Origin: an uncultured Anaerolineales bacterium
GTDB lineage: Bacteria > Chloroflexota > Anaerolineae > Anaerolineales > UBA11858
Direction of reading: 5' to 3'
NCBI GenBank assembly: GCA_964627755.1
Contig: CAZVIH010000076.1
Span: forward strand, 23,566 to 87,565
DNA: 64,000 nt
Below are positions 38,189 to 47,498 of this stretch, piece by piece. Each line of letters opens with the position of its first letter. The first letter of the stretch is position 1. The notes below the pieces were generated by a model that had not been told where the DNA came from, searched no databases, and worked only from the letters and a program-made list of their open reading frames with translations. The translations under genes and the position numbers were made by a program.

Positions 38189-39331
38189 ATGGCACAAACG
38201 ATACTAATCATTGATGATGATATTGATACCTTAAAGCTTGTTGGCATCATGCTTGAGAGGAAAGGTTTTCGTATCCTGGCTTCCACAACCGGGGAGAAAG
38301 GCCTTAAATTGGCTAACAAGGAATATCCTGACCTGATCCTTCTGGACGTTATGATTCCGGATATCAATGGTTATGAGATCGCCAAGTCCATCCGTGCCAA
38401 TCCAGCCACTGAAAACACTCCCATTATCATGTTCACTGCCCGCAGTCAAGTGGATGACAAAGTAGAGGGCCTGGAGGCCGGAGCGGATGCCTACATCACC
38501 AAACCTGCCCGCCCCAGAGAATTATTTGCCCAGGTTAATTCCGTCTTAAAACGTGCTCCACAACGTTCCTCAGCTTCCGCAACATCAGTTGTTGAGAAAG
38601 GCACTCTGATCGGCATCATATCTGCCAAAGGTGGTCTTGGCAACTCTACTCTGGCAACAAACCTGGCGATTGAAATTCACAATCAATCAGATCAAGAGGT
38701 CATTCTATCTGATTTCAGGCCCGGCCAGGGAACGATCGGTATGGATCTTGACATGCAGAACACCAGCGGCTTGATCAAATTACTGGATGAAGAACCTGGA
38801 AGCGATATATCTGATTTCTTCCCGAACATTTTTATGGAACATAAATCCGGTATTAAGACCCTTTTATCATCCCATCATCCTTCGGATTCAAAATACATCA
38901 CTCATGTGGAGCAATTTCACCAGATCGCACAAGAGCTCCCCAAGTGGGCTGCTTATACCATACTAGACCTTGGTCCTTCGTTAACACCGATCAACTCAGA
39001 AATCCTTCCAGTGTGTGACAAGATCCTGATCTGCCTGGAACCAGCACCTGCAAATATTATCCAGACCAGAATCCTGATCCAAGACTTGATCAACAGCGGG
39101 ATAGGAGAGAGCCGTTTCGTGACAATTTTAATCAACCGGCAGATTTCTGGCGTGCAGCTCAGTTGGGAACAAGCTGAAAACCAGCTGGAGAGAAAGATTG
39201 ACCAGATGTTTACACCAGTACCAGAACTGGCTTATCAAGCAGCTCTGAAAAATATACCCATCATTCAGCGTCCTGAAGAGAGCATGACGGCAGATCAATT
39301 CCGTAGCCTTGCGAAACTGGTCCTGGATTAA
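38189..39331 (+). CDS. response-regulator receiver fused to a CpaE/TadZ-like ParA/MinD-fold domain with a deviant Walker A
   Basis: REC domain with the IIDDDID, LLDVMIPD, MFTAR and YITKP residues. It is followed by ISAKGGLGNSTLATNLA, where N replaces the usual GK[ST] lysine. Confidence 0.75.
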   Translation: MAQTILIIDDDIDTLKLVGIMLERKGFRILASTTGEKGLKLANKEYPDLILLDVMIPDINGYEIAKSIRANPATENTPIIMFTARSQVDDKVEGLEAGADAYITKPARPRELFAQVNSVLKRAPQRSSASATSVVEKGTLIGIISAKGGLGNSTLATNLAIEIHNQSDQEVILSDFRPGQGTIGMDLDMQNTSGLIKLLDEEPGSDISDFFPNIFMEHKSGIKTLLSSHHPSDSKYITHVEQFHQIAQELPKWAAYTILDLGPSLTPINSEILPVCDKILICLEPAPANIIQTRILIQDLINSGIGESRFVTILINRQISGVQLSWEQAENQLERKIDQMFTPVPELAYQAALKNIPIIQRPEESMTADQFRSLAKLVLD

Positions 39332-39338
39332 CTGGATT

Positions 39339-40121
39339 ATGCTTCCCATTACAGAAAATAATACCCTGATCCAAAAAGCCTCAAACCTGATCTGTGAGGC
39401 GAATTATTGTGTTGCATTATCTGGTGCTGGAATCTCCACACCTTCTGGGATTCCCGATTTTCGTTCACCGGGCAGTGGTATCTGGACTAAATATTCACCT
39501 ATGGAAGTTGCTTCCCTGAGTGCTTTTCGCTATCATCCTGACCGTTTTTATGATTGGTTGCGACCATTTGTAGGCAGGTTATTCGCGGCGGACCCAAATC
39601 CGGCCCATCATGCTCTCGCCAGATTGGAAGAGAATAACTTTCTGAAAGCCATTATCACCCAGAATATTGATGCTTTGCACCAAAAAGCTGGCTCAAAGAA
39701 TGTCATTGAAGTGCATGGCACATATCAAACGCTCACCTGTCTGGGCTGTTATAAGCAGGTAAATACCAGTCAGGAAATTCTTACTGCCCTATTAAACGAT
39801 GCCAAAAAACCATACTGCCCCTACTGCGGAGAACTGCTGAAACCGGATATCATTCTTTATGAAGAGCAGCTTCCAGCAGAGAAATGGAGGTCTGCCAGAA
39901 AAGAGATTATGGCCTGCGACCTGTTATTAATCCTGGGCTCCTCTCTGACTGTGACACCGGCATGTGATCTGCCGTTAACAGCTCTCGGGAATGGAGCAAA
40001 GATCATCATCCTGAATTATTCCCATACTCATCTTGATGAACAGGCTGACGTCAGCCTGCAGGGAGATCTGGCTGAAGTTTTACCCCTCCTCACCGCGAAG
40101 GTACTCAATGAAAAAGAATAA
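39339..40121 (+). CDS. cobB: NAD-dependent protein deacylase, Sir2/CobB family
   Basis: GAGISTPSGIPDFRS, QNIDALH, EVHGT, and a Zn ribbon CLGC...CPYCG. Starts 8 nt after the REC-CpaE stop. Confidence 0.85.
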   Translation: MLPITENNTLIQKASNLICEANYCVALSGAGISTPSGIPDFRSPGSGIWTKYSPMEVASLSAFRYHPDRFYDWLRPFVGRLFAADPNPAHHALARLEENNFLKAIITQNIDALHQKAGSKNVIEVHGTYQTLTCLGCYKQVNTSQEILTALLNDAKKPYCPYCGELLKPDIILYEEQLPAEKWRSARKEIMACDLLLILGSSLTVTPACDLPLTALGNGAKIIILNYSHTHLDEQADVSLQGDLAEVLPLLTAKVLNEKE

Positions 40122-41301
40122 AACCAAACCGACCCTGATAAATAGCTATCAAAAACTCATCAATATATCTTGTGACCTGGCATCGGAATTGGATCTCAAT
40201 ATCCTGCTATCCAAGATTGTGAATGCAGCCAGTGAGGTTTCAGATTCAGAAGAGGCTTCCATCTTGATGTTCGATCCCGCAAAGAACACACTTTACTTCC
40301 AGGCTGCGACCAATTTGGACACAGGGCTCAAACGGGGATTGGTCGTTCCTCTCGAGGAAAGTATAGCTGGTTGGATTGTTAAAAACCAAAAACCAATTAT
40401 CGTTGATGACCCCCAGAAGGATGTACGACATTTCAACGATATTGACACTATGACAAATATCAAAACCGATTCACTCATGGGTATACCTCTCTTGTCAAAG
40501 GGAAAAGTGATCGGTGTGCTTGAAGTGATTAATAAAAGGGGAGGAAAATTCACCCGAGAAGATCAGGACATTATGCTGGCATTGGGAGCCCAGGCCACAG
40601 TGGCTATCGATAACTCGCGTTTATTCCTGCAGTCTGATCTGATCGGTGAATTTGTCCACCAGATCCGCACACCCCTTTCTGCTTTGAATGCGGCTACTCA
40701 TTTGTTAAAAAGTAACCGAGTAGATGATCAACAAAAGAAGAAGATGATCGATATTATGGAAGCGGAAATAGATGCGCTGTCCGATATGTCAACATCATTC
40801 CTGGACCTGGCTCGTTTGCAATCCGGAAGAAAACAATATTCTGTTTCTGAGTTTAGCATCCGCGAACTGCTTACTGAATGTTACGATATCTTCTTCTCAG
40901 ACACTCAACATCAAGCCATCAAGTTCAACCTTGATCTGCCAGAGACACTCCCCCGTGTCACAGGTGATCGGAAGCAGCTAAAACAAGCCCTTACAAATTT
41001 ACTTAATAATGCCGTCAAATACAATCATGAAGGTGGCGAGATATCCCTCAAGGCCCTGGCAAAGAAGAAACAGGTTATCATCTCGATTTCCGATTCAGGA
41101 TTGGGCATCCCTGAAGATGAACAATCTCTGATCTTCGAAAAATTCTACAGGGTAAGAAGCCACCGGGATCAGGTTCCCGGTACAGGGCTGGGGCTGTCCG
41201 TTGTAAAACAGATCATCACAGACCATGGTGGTGAGATAACACTTACCAGTGAAGTGAATGTAGGAACTACCTTCACTGTTATCCTGCCAACCGATAAATA
41301 A
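40108..41301 (+). CDS. cytoplasmic GAF-domain sensor histidine kinase
   Basis: GAF domain (SILMFD...GIPLLSKGKVIGVLEVINK), H-box FVHQIRTPLSAL, N-box NLLNNAVKYN, G-boxes DSGLGI and GTGLGLS. No TM segment. Overlaps cobB by 14 nt. Confidence 0.85.
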   Translation: MKKNKTKPTLINSYQKLINISCDLASELDLNILLSKIVNAASEVSDSEEASILMFDPAKNTLYFQAATNLDTGLKRGLVVPLEESIAGWIVKNQKPIIVDDPQKDVRHFNDIDTMTNIKTDSLMGIPLLSKGKVIGVLEVINKRGGKFTREDQDIMLALGAQATVAIDNSRLFLQSDLIGEFVHQIRTPLSALNAATHLLKSNRVDDQQKKKMIDIMEAEIDALSDMSTSFLDLARLQSGRKQYSVSEFSIRELLTECYDIFFSDTQHQAIKFNLDLPETLPRVTGDRKQLKQALTNLLNNAVKYNHEGGEISLKALAKKKQVIISISDSGLGIPEDEQSLIFEKFYRVRSHRDQVPGTGLGLSVVKQIITDHGGEITLTSEVNVGTTFTVILPTDK

Positions 41302-41307
41302 TCACCT

Positions 41308-41850
41308 ATGCGATCCTTCCTGAAAAAAAACTGGATATCCTCCCTGCTTCTTGTTGTGATCTTGATTCTGGCATTGATTGCTTATTCACGAGGGGGATGG
41401 CATTTAATATATGAGGGAATCAAAAACGGAATCACTATCTTCGTCACGGAGATCCCCCTGCTGGTGGCCGCCTTTTTAACAGCAGGCCTGATTCAATCCT
41501 TGGTAAAAAAAGAATTTATTACTCGTTGGCTTGGACAGGAAGCCGGCATTAAAGGGATACTGCTGGCTTGCCTGGGAGGTGGACTCATTCCTGGTGGACC
41601 TTATGTCTACTACCCCATCGCTGGTGCTCTTTTATCCTCTGGCGCAGGATTGGGAGTCCTGGTTGCTTTTATATCCGCTAAGAATCTCTGGTCAGTATCC
41701 AGGCTCCCTTATGAATTTGCTCTCCTCGGATCAAGTATCACCATTCGACGATATTTGATTACTTTTTTAATCCCACCGCTGCTTGGTATTCTGGTCGAAT
41801 GGCTTTTCGGTGGATATATTCAAAAGATCCGGGAGAATGTTAAAGAATGA
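41308..41850 (+). CDS. half-size permease subunit (COG0701/UPF0718-like), first of a paralogous pair
   Basis: About 5 TM helices. Conserved block GGGLIPGGPYVYYPIAGALLSSGAGLGVLVAFISA. Confidence 0.55.
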   Translation: MRSFLKKNWISSLLLVVILILALIAYSRGGWHLIYEGIKNGITIFVTEIPLLVAAFLTAGLIQSLVKKEFITRWLGQEAGIKGILLACLGGGLIPGGPYVYYPIAGALLSSGAGLGVLVAFISAKNLWSVSRLPYEFALLGSSITIRRYLITFLIPPLLGILVEWLFGGYIQKIRENVKE

Positions 41851-42332
41851 GTACCTCTACAATCATTCTCTGGATTATCACTCTGATCTTGTTGATTTTC
41901 AGTTGGAAAAAGGGAGCAGATTCGATCAAACGGGGAACTCAGTTAGCCTGGTCAACTACAAAAAAGAACGGTCTGTTAATTATTCTGGCCTTTATTATCG
42001 CAGGATTTGTAAATATACTCTCCCCCAAAGACCTGGTGACCGCCTGGATCGGGCCTGATTCAGGCTGGCGGGGTATCATAGCAGCCGAATTCTTTGGTAC
42101 TCTTCTTCCAGGTGGACCTTATGTTGTTTTCCCAATTATCGCCGTTCTGGTCCAGGCCGGGGCCGGTCTCGGCCCGGCAATCTCTCTCATCACAAGCTGG
42201 TCAACCCAATCGCTTCTGACAATCAGCTTTGAACTTCCCTTTATGGGGTGGCGTTTTACAGCCATTCGCTGGACGATCGGACTATTAGTCCCCCTGCTGG
42301 CAGGATTCACAGCTGTCTTGTTATGGGGATAA
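41847..42332 (+). CDS. half-size permease subunit, second of the pair
   Basis: Block FGTLLPGGPYVVFPIIAVLVQAGAGLGPAISLITS is homologous to the upstream gene. There is a 4-nt ATGA overlap. Confidence 0.55.
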   Translation: MSTSTIILWIITLILLIFSWKKGADSIKRGTQLAWSTTKKNGLLIILAFIIAGFVNILSPKDLVTAWIGPDSGWRGIIAAEFFGTLLPGGPYVVFPIIAVLVQAGAGLGPAISLITSWSTQSLLTISFELPFMGWRFTAIRWTIGLLVPLLAGFTAVLLWG

Positions 42333-42352
42333 TAACCTTAATTTCATCATCC

Positions 42353-43129
42353 CTATAATTTTCCTGGATCCAAATCTGTCCAATCCGATAAACGTTCCCG
42401 GATCTCTTTTTCAAGATCCTCCAGCAAAGCCTCTGCCACTTCCTCGTTTTCAGCTTTGGCTGTGATTCGCACCAGAACATAACCTTTTCCGGCTGCCAAT
42501 CCTACAGTTGGGTTCGCTAATTCTTCCAGATCACTGATCAATTCATCGATCCGGGATTCACCAATCTTCTCCACCCTGATATTGCGGATCAAGATCACAC
42601 CAGTCAAGTCAAAGTGTTTGGTGATCCTGGGAATTACCTGTTCATCAACCATTCCCACCATCTCTCCTGGCACACCGGGCATTGCATAGATCAGGGTATC
42701 TTGAATATCCAGGGCAATGCCGGGAGCTGTTCCCCTGGGGTTTGGAAGGCTATCGGCTCCAGATGGTAAATAAGCCTGCTGCCTGTTATTCTCTGGTGGT
42801 TGGATGCCATATTTTTCGAACCGGCGGACAATCTCATCCCACAGATCCGGATGAAAAACCAGATCAAGGTCAAAAGCCTGGGCAATAGCGTGACGGGTTG
42901 GATCATCAACTGTCGGGCCAAGCCCCCCGGTCAGAATCACGATATCTGCTCTCTGAACGCTTTCCAACAACATTCCAGCAATTCGATCAGGATTATCCCC
43001 AATCATGCCTGTTCGATAAACGTCCACACCAATCTTCCGCAAAGCAAGAGCGATTACTTGTGTGTTAGTATCGACAATTTCCCCCAATAATAATTCAGTT
43101 CCAATGGTTATAATTTCTGCTCGTGGCAT
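42353..43129 (-). CDS. cinA: CinA-like molybdopterin-binding (MoCF_biosynth) domain protein lacking the PncC deamidase domain
   Basis: MPRAEIITIGTELLLGEIVDTNTQVIA, ILTGGLGPTVDDPT, MPGVPGEM. Only 258 aa. Confidence 0.8.
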   Translation of the reverse strand: MPRAEIITIGTELLLGEIVDTNTQVIALALRKIGVDVYRTGMIGDNPDRIAGMLLESVQRADIVILTGGLGPTVDDPTRHAIAQAFDLDLVFHPDLWDEIVRRFEKYGIQPPENNRQQAYLPSGADSLPNPRGTAPGIALDIQDTLIYAMPGVPGEMVGMVDEQVIPRITKHFDLTGVILIRNIRVEKIGESRIDELISDLEELANPTVGLAAGKGYVLVRITAKAENEEVAEALLEDLEKEIRERLSDWTDLDPGKL

Positions 43130-43146
43130 ATCATTAAGTCTCCAGA

Positions 43147-43184
43147 AATAAAAAATCCTGTGGTGTATTTTAACACCACAGGAC
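43147..43184 (-). terminator. intrinsic terminator of the liv operon
   Basis: The minus strand reads TCCTGTGGTGT-TAAAAT-ACACCACAGGA followed by TTTTTTATTT. Confidence 0.7.
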
Positions 43185-43207
43185 TGTTAAGTAACCGGTT
43201 TCCCGGC

Positions 43208-43921
43208 CTATTCCATCCCTAGATAGGCCTTCTGAACCATTTCGTCCTGGCGTAAATTCTCAGCGCTGTCCTTAAGAACGATTTCTCCTGTCTGGAGCAC
43301 ATATCCGCGGTCAGCGACCGCCAAGGCCACTGTAGCATTCTGTTCTACCAATAAAATTGTTGTCCCGGTTTTGTTAATGGCCTGGATAGTCTCAAAAACG
43401 CTTTCCACCAGGATAGGAGCCAAACCCATGGACGGCTCGTCCATTAACAGCAATCTGGGGTTTGCCATTAAGGCCCGAGCTGTAGCAAGCATTTGCTGTT
43501 CCCCACCAGACAGTGTGCCTGAAACCTGTTTTGCCCGTTCCTTCAGTCGGGGGAATAACTGATACACCCTGTCCAGATCATCATCAAATCTGGACCGGTC
43601 AGGTTGGGAATAAGCCCCCATATCCAGATTTTCAAAAACAGTAAGCCTGGCAAATATCCCCCGCCCTTCCGGAACCATCGTAATTCCTTTGTACACAAGT
43701 TCATGCGCTGGTGTACCTGAAATCTTTTCACCTTCAAAATAGATATCTCCAGATCGAGGACTAAGCAACCCGCTGATCGTCCGCAGGGTGGACGTTTTAC
43801 CCGCCCCGTTCCCTCCAATCAAAGTCACGATTTCCTTTTCTTCAACGGTAATCGAGACACCTTTCAGGGCGTGGATATTACCATAATAAGTATGTATGTT
43901 ATTTACTTCTAGCATCGCCAT
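43208..43921 (-). CDS. livF: branched-chain amino acid ABC transporter ATP-binding protein LivF
   Basis: GGNGAGKTSTLRTISGL, LSGGEQQMLATARAL, LLMDEPSMGLAP. Confidence 0.9.
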   Translation of the reverse strand: MAMLEVNNIHTYYGNIHALKGVSITVEEKEIVTLIGGNGAGKTSTLRTISGLLSPRSGDIYFEGEKISGTPAHELVYKGITMVPEGRGIFARLTVFENLDMGAYSQPDRSRFDDDLDRVYQLFPRLKERAKQVSGTLSGGEQQMLATARALMANPRLLLMDEPSMGLAPILVESVFETIQAINKTGTTILLVEQNATVALAVADRGYVLQTGEIVLKDSAENLRQDEMVQKAYLGME

Positions 43922-43956
43922 AATATCATTCCACTTTGGAGTGCATTGCCTTGATA

Positions 43957-44724
43957 TCAGGCAGCTCCCCGTCCTAAATATGATTCAATTACCTGGGGAT
44001 TCTTCTGAATTTCTCCCGGGGTTCCTTTAGCAATTAACTGGCCAAAATCCAATACATAGATAAACTCACTGATGCCCATAACTACTTTCATATCATGTTC
44101 GATCAACAGGATTGTGATCTTCAATTCGTCCCGCAAACTTTCAATAAAGCGCATCATGGTTACTGATTCATTGGGATTCATTCCAGCAGTGGGTTCATCC
44201 AGCAATATGATCTTAGGGTTATTCGCCAGCGCCCGGGCCATTTCCAAACGGCGTTGTTCACCATAGGGTAAACCGCTAGCTAATAAATCGCCTTTGCCTT
44301 TTAATCCCACAAAATTCAGTAAATCCTGGGCTTTTTCGAGAGCCTTTTTCTCTTCCGCTCTTTGCCTGGGAGTACGAAGGATCGCATCAACCCAATTAGA
44401 TTTTAATTGAGGGTGAGCACCTACCAGGATATTTTCCAGGGCTGTCATAGCCGGGAAGAGGCGGATATTCTGGTATGTTCGTGATATACCCAGCTTGGTA
44501 ATTCTATCAGGAGATAAACCCAATAGGGATTGACCATTAAACAGCATATCACCCTCATCAGCAGGGTAAAATCCAGTAATACAGTTATATAAGGTGGTTT
44601 TTCCAGCTCCGTTAGGACCAATAATGGCATAAATCGACCCTTCGGGAATCTGAAGAGTAACATTATCGACAGCAGATAAACCACCAAAACGTTTGGTTAC
44701 ATTACGGGTTTCTAGAATACTCAT
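43957..44724 (-). CDS. livG: branched-chain amino acid ABC transporter ATP-binding protein LivG
   Basis: GPNGAGKTTLYNCITGFY, LPYGEQRRLEMARAL, ILLDEPTAGMNP. Confidence 0.9.
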   Translation of the reverse strand: MSILETRNVTKRFGGLSAVDNVTLQIPEGSIYAIIGPNGAGKTTLYNCITGFYPADEGDMLFNGQSLLGLSPDRITKLGISRTYQNIRLFPAMTALENILVGAHPQLKSNWVDAILRTPRQRAEEKKALEKAQDLLNFVGLKGKGDLLASGLPYGEQRRLEMARALANNPKIILLDEPTAGMNPNESVTMMRFIESLRDELKITILLIEHDMKVVMGISEFIYVLDFGQLIAKGTPGEIQKNPQVIESYLGRGAA

Positions 44725-44727
44725 CTG

Positions 44728-46293
44728 CTAACCCTCTTTCCCTACTAAACTATCATCAGTTGGGAGAATTTCCAACTCCTTTTCATGAAGTTCCATCCTC
44801 CTGCGCGGTGCGGGCCAAATCCCTTCTGGACGAATAATCATCATAATGACCAACAGAGCGCCAAATACAAGCAGACGGTAGAGTTCCAGCTCACGAAGGA
44901 TCTCCGGTAGGCCTTTGAGAACAAAAGCGCCGATGATCACTCCAGGTATACTGCCCATCCCGCCAACGATCAACAGACAGAGCACATTAATTGAAACCAT
45001 CAGAGTATGGTCCGCAGGGCCGGTGTATTGGTTCCTAGCCGCAAATAAGGCTCCTCCTAATCCTGCGAAGGCAGCGCCTGTCGCAAATGCCATCAGTTTG
45101 TAATAAAACGTATTAATGCCCATCGCTTGAGCAACTGTTTCATCTTCTCTCATTGCCATCCAGGCCCGTCCTACCCGGGAATTCTGCAGGGAATTGGTAA
45201 AGACAATTGTCAATAAGATAGCCAGGATGATCAAATAAAGGTAAGCTTTTTCAGTGTTAATAGATAATCCAAAAAAACTTGGTCCCGCAATATCCCGGAT
45301 GCCTTGAGGGCCGCCCAAATAGGGCGACATCATATCACTTCTGATCAGGACGCGGATAATCTCGCCAAACCCAAGAGTAACAATTGCCAGGTAATCCCCT
45401 CTCATTCGGAGAACTGGTATCCCAAGGATGATTCCAGCAAAGGCAGCAAACACCACACTCAGAATCAACACAGGCCAGAAGCCGATTTGCAGGGCGATCG
45501 GCGCGGGTGCAGTAAGCAAACCCGCAGTATATGCGCCAATGGCAAAGAATGCCACATAACCGAGGTCAAGCAATCCGGCTAATCCAACTACTATGTTCAA
45601 ACCCAATCCCATTAACACATAAATACCAACTGTTCCCATGGCATAGTTCCAATATTTACCCAAAAACTGGGGCATCAGAAATACCACAATACCTAAAATC
45701 CCATATCCAATCCATTTGGATATGGGATTTTCTTTATACTGAGTTACAAGTTTGGAATCCAGTACCTTTTCCTTCAAAATAAAGACTTGCTTCTGGATGA
45801 CCTCGCCCGCATTCTTGGCTTCAAACCAATAGGCTAACAAAGCTCCCAGGATTCCAAAAAAGAAGAAAATCCCAAAGGTCATTAAAACACCTGGAATGAG
45901 ACTTCTTCCGAAAAGTAAAAATTGGATGGAAAGGTGATCCAGTTGGGCGAGATAATCCCGCATGGCAATCTCTTTGCTGTCCAGGAATCCTACCAGGAGT
46001 ATAAAAGCAGCAACGAATAAACCGATGACCAAACTTGCTGCTGCTCCAGAGACCAGGGCGGATTTCCATTTTGATCTATCCGCCGCTGAAGCCCTGGATC
46101 CTGCCCACAAGCTCAATATGGCAAAAATGATCATTAAGCCGCTTGAGTTACCAGTGCGGGTATTGGAGTCAAGATTAACAAAATCACCCAAAATATCAGA
46201 TAAGGTTGTTGTTAGACCAAACAAGATCAAGAAGATGATCACAACTCCAAATACCAAGCCTAACCGCAAACCCTGTTTAATTAGATCCTTCAT
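44728..46293 (-). CDS. livM: branched-chain amino acid ABC permease LivM with an about 170-aa N-terminal membrane extension
   Basis: Core GLNIVVGLAGLLDLGYVAFFAIGAY...AMREDETVAQAMGINT. Extra TM helices precede it. Confidence 0.85.
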   Translation of the reverse strand: MKDLIKQGLRLGLVFGVVIIFLILFGLTTTLSDILGDFVNLDSNTRTGNSSGLMIIFAILSLWAGSRASAADRSKWKSALVSGAAASLVIGLFVAAFILLVGFLDSKEIAMRDYLAQLDHLSIQFLLFGRSLIPGVLMTFGIFFFFGILGALLAYWFEAKNAGEVIQKQVFILKEKVLDSKLVTQYKENPISKWIGYGILGIVVFLMPQFLGKYWNYAMGTVGIYVLMGLGLNIVVGLAGLLDLGYVAFFAIGAYTAGLLTAPAPIALQIGFWPVLILSVVFAAFAGIILGIPVLRMRGDYLAIVTLGFGEIIRVLIRSDMMSPYLGGPQGIRDIAGPSFFGLSINTEKAYLYLIILAILLTIVFTNSLQNSRVGRAWMAMREDETVAQAMGINTFYYKLMAFATGAAFAGLGGALFAARNQYTGPADHTLMVSINVLCLLIVGGMGSIPGVIIGAFVLKGLPEILRELELYRLLVFGALLVIMMIIRPEGIWPAPRRRMELHEKELEILPTDDSLVGKEG

Positions 46294-47387
46294 CAGACTT
46301 TCTCCTCCGATAAGACTTCACCCATAATGCCCGATGGACGGAAGATCAATACCAGAACCAAGATTGAAAATGCAATCACGTCTTTAAGCTGGAAGTCTAT
46401 TCCCAGGACAGCAGGCCCAAGTGATTCAACAATTCCCAGGAATATCCCGCCAACCATGGCTCCCGGGATATTACCAATACCCCCCAGAACCGCAGCTGTA
46501 AAAGCTTTCAGTCCAGGGATGAAGCCCACATAGTGATAAATGATCCCGTTGTGAATTCCCCACATCACTCCTGCTGCTCCCCCCAGAGCACCACTGATAA
46601 TAAATGTATTGCTGATAATCCGGTCTACATCGATTCCCATCAATGCAGCGGTTTGTTTATTCTCAGCCACGGCGCGCATAGATCTGCCATAGCGGGTTCT
46701 CATAACCAGGGTATAGAGGGCAATCAGGAGAAAGATAGACAATACAAAGGTCAATACACCTGTATAGGTAAGAATAACCTCTTCTCCACCTATCGGGATC
46801 CGCCAACCCTGACTACGGGACAAGGACATGGGATTGTAATAAGTTCTGCGTTTTGGCCCAAACATAACCTGGGCGGCGTTTTGCAGAAAGATAGAAGCAC
46901 CGATGGCGCTGATCAGTGGAATAAGTCTGGGTGCTCCGCGAAGAGGGCGGTAAGCAATCCGCTCCAAAAAATAACCAGACAGGGCAGCCATGAACATGCC
47001 TACAATAAATGCCAGTACTACAGAGATAATTTGATAAGAATCCAAAAAGCTCAATCCGGTGGCGGCTACAGGTACTGATTTCAGGGCTTCAAAAACAAAA
47101 TATCCTGAAAAAGCGCCAATCATCATGATTTCGCCGTGGGCGAAGTTAATCATAAAAAGGATTCCATATACAAGTGTGTACCCGATGGCGATCAAGGCAT
47201 AGACACTGCCAATGATCAGCCCACTCAAGGCAAATCTCACCCAGGTATCCGGCCCGTATACACCAGAATTTATCACGTTATACAACCGCCAGGATAGAAA
47301 CGCAAGAAATAACACAGAAATAATTGCTTGGATAATCGTAAACGAGTTAATGCGTCCGGTTGATTTTTTGGGTTTTGTCTCACTCAT
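46293..47387 (-). CDS. livH: branched-chain amino acid ABC permease LivH
   Basis: YALIAIGYTLVYGILFMINFAHGE, MRAVAENKQTAALMGIDVD, GGIGNIPGAMVGG. Confidence 0.85.
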   Translation of the reverse strand: MSETKPKKSTGRINSFTIIQAIISVLFLAFLSWRLYNVINSGVYGPDTWVRFALSGLIIGSVYALIAIGYTLVYGILFMINFAHGEIMMIGAFSGYFVFEALKSVPVAATGLSFLDSYQIISVVLAFIVGMFMAALSGYFLERIAYRPLRGAPRLIPLISAIGASIFLQNAAQVMFGPKRRTYYNPMSLSRSQGWRIPIGGEEVILTYTGVLTFVLSIFLLIALYTLVMRTRYGRSMRAVAENKQTAALMGIDVDRIISNTFIISGALGGAAGVMWGIHNGIIYHYVGFIPGLKAFTAAVLGGIGNIPGAMVGGIFLGIVESLGPAVLGIDFQLKDVIAFSILVLVLIFRPSGIMGEVLSEEKV

Positions 47388-47434
47388 AAAAACCTTCTTT
47401 AGTCTTTGATATATCCATTACTATAAAGGGATTA

Positions 47435-47463
47435 GCGAGGCAAGCATGAAAAGCTTGCCTCGC
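47435..47463 (-). terminator. hairpin between livJ and livH (intra-operon attenuator or stabiliser)
   Basis: GCGAGGCAAGC-7 nt-GCTTGCCTCGC, a perfect 11-bp stem. Confidence 0.45.
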
Positions 47464-47498
47464 AGTGTTGTATCATGGTTCTGAAACAGACTTAGTGG

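Noticed and set aside
36709-38367. Full 552-aa track ORF as TilS
   Set aside because: The first 81 codons are low-complexity, overlap the divergent REC-CpaE gene and precede the conserved PP-loop N-terminus. The start at 38124 gives a normal-length TilS.
39339-40121. Sir2-domain protein as a Thoeris/DSR/SIR2-HerA-type defence effector
   Set aside because: It is short (about 260 aa) and has the full CobB-type deacylase motif set, including the Zn ribbon. It lacks SLOG, TIR, HerA or pAgo partners. A regulatory deacylase role fits better.
44728-46293. LivM N-terminal about 170-aa extension as a novel domain
   Set aside because: The extra N-terminal TM helices appear to be purely hydrophobic padding with no motif, and I believe LivM homologs vary in this region. 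Low information content.
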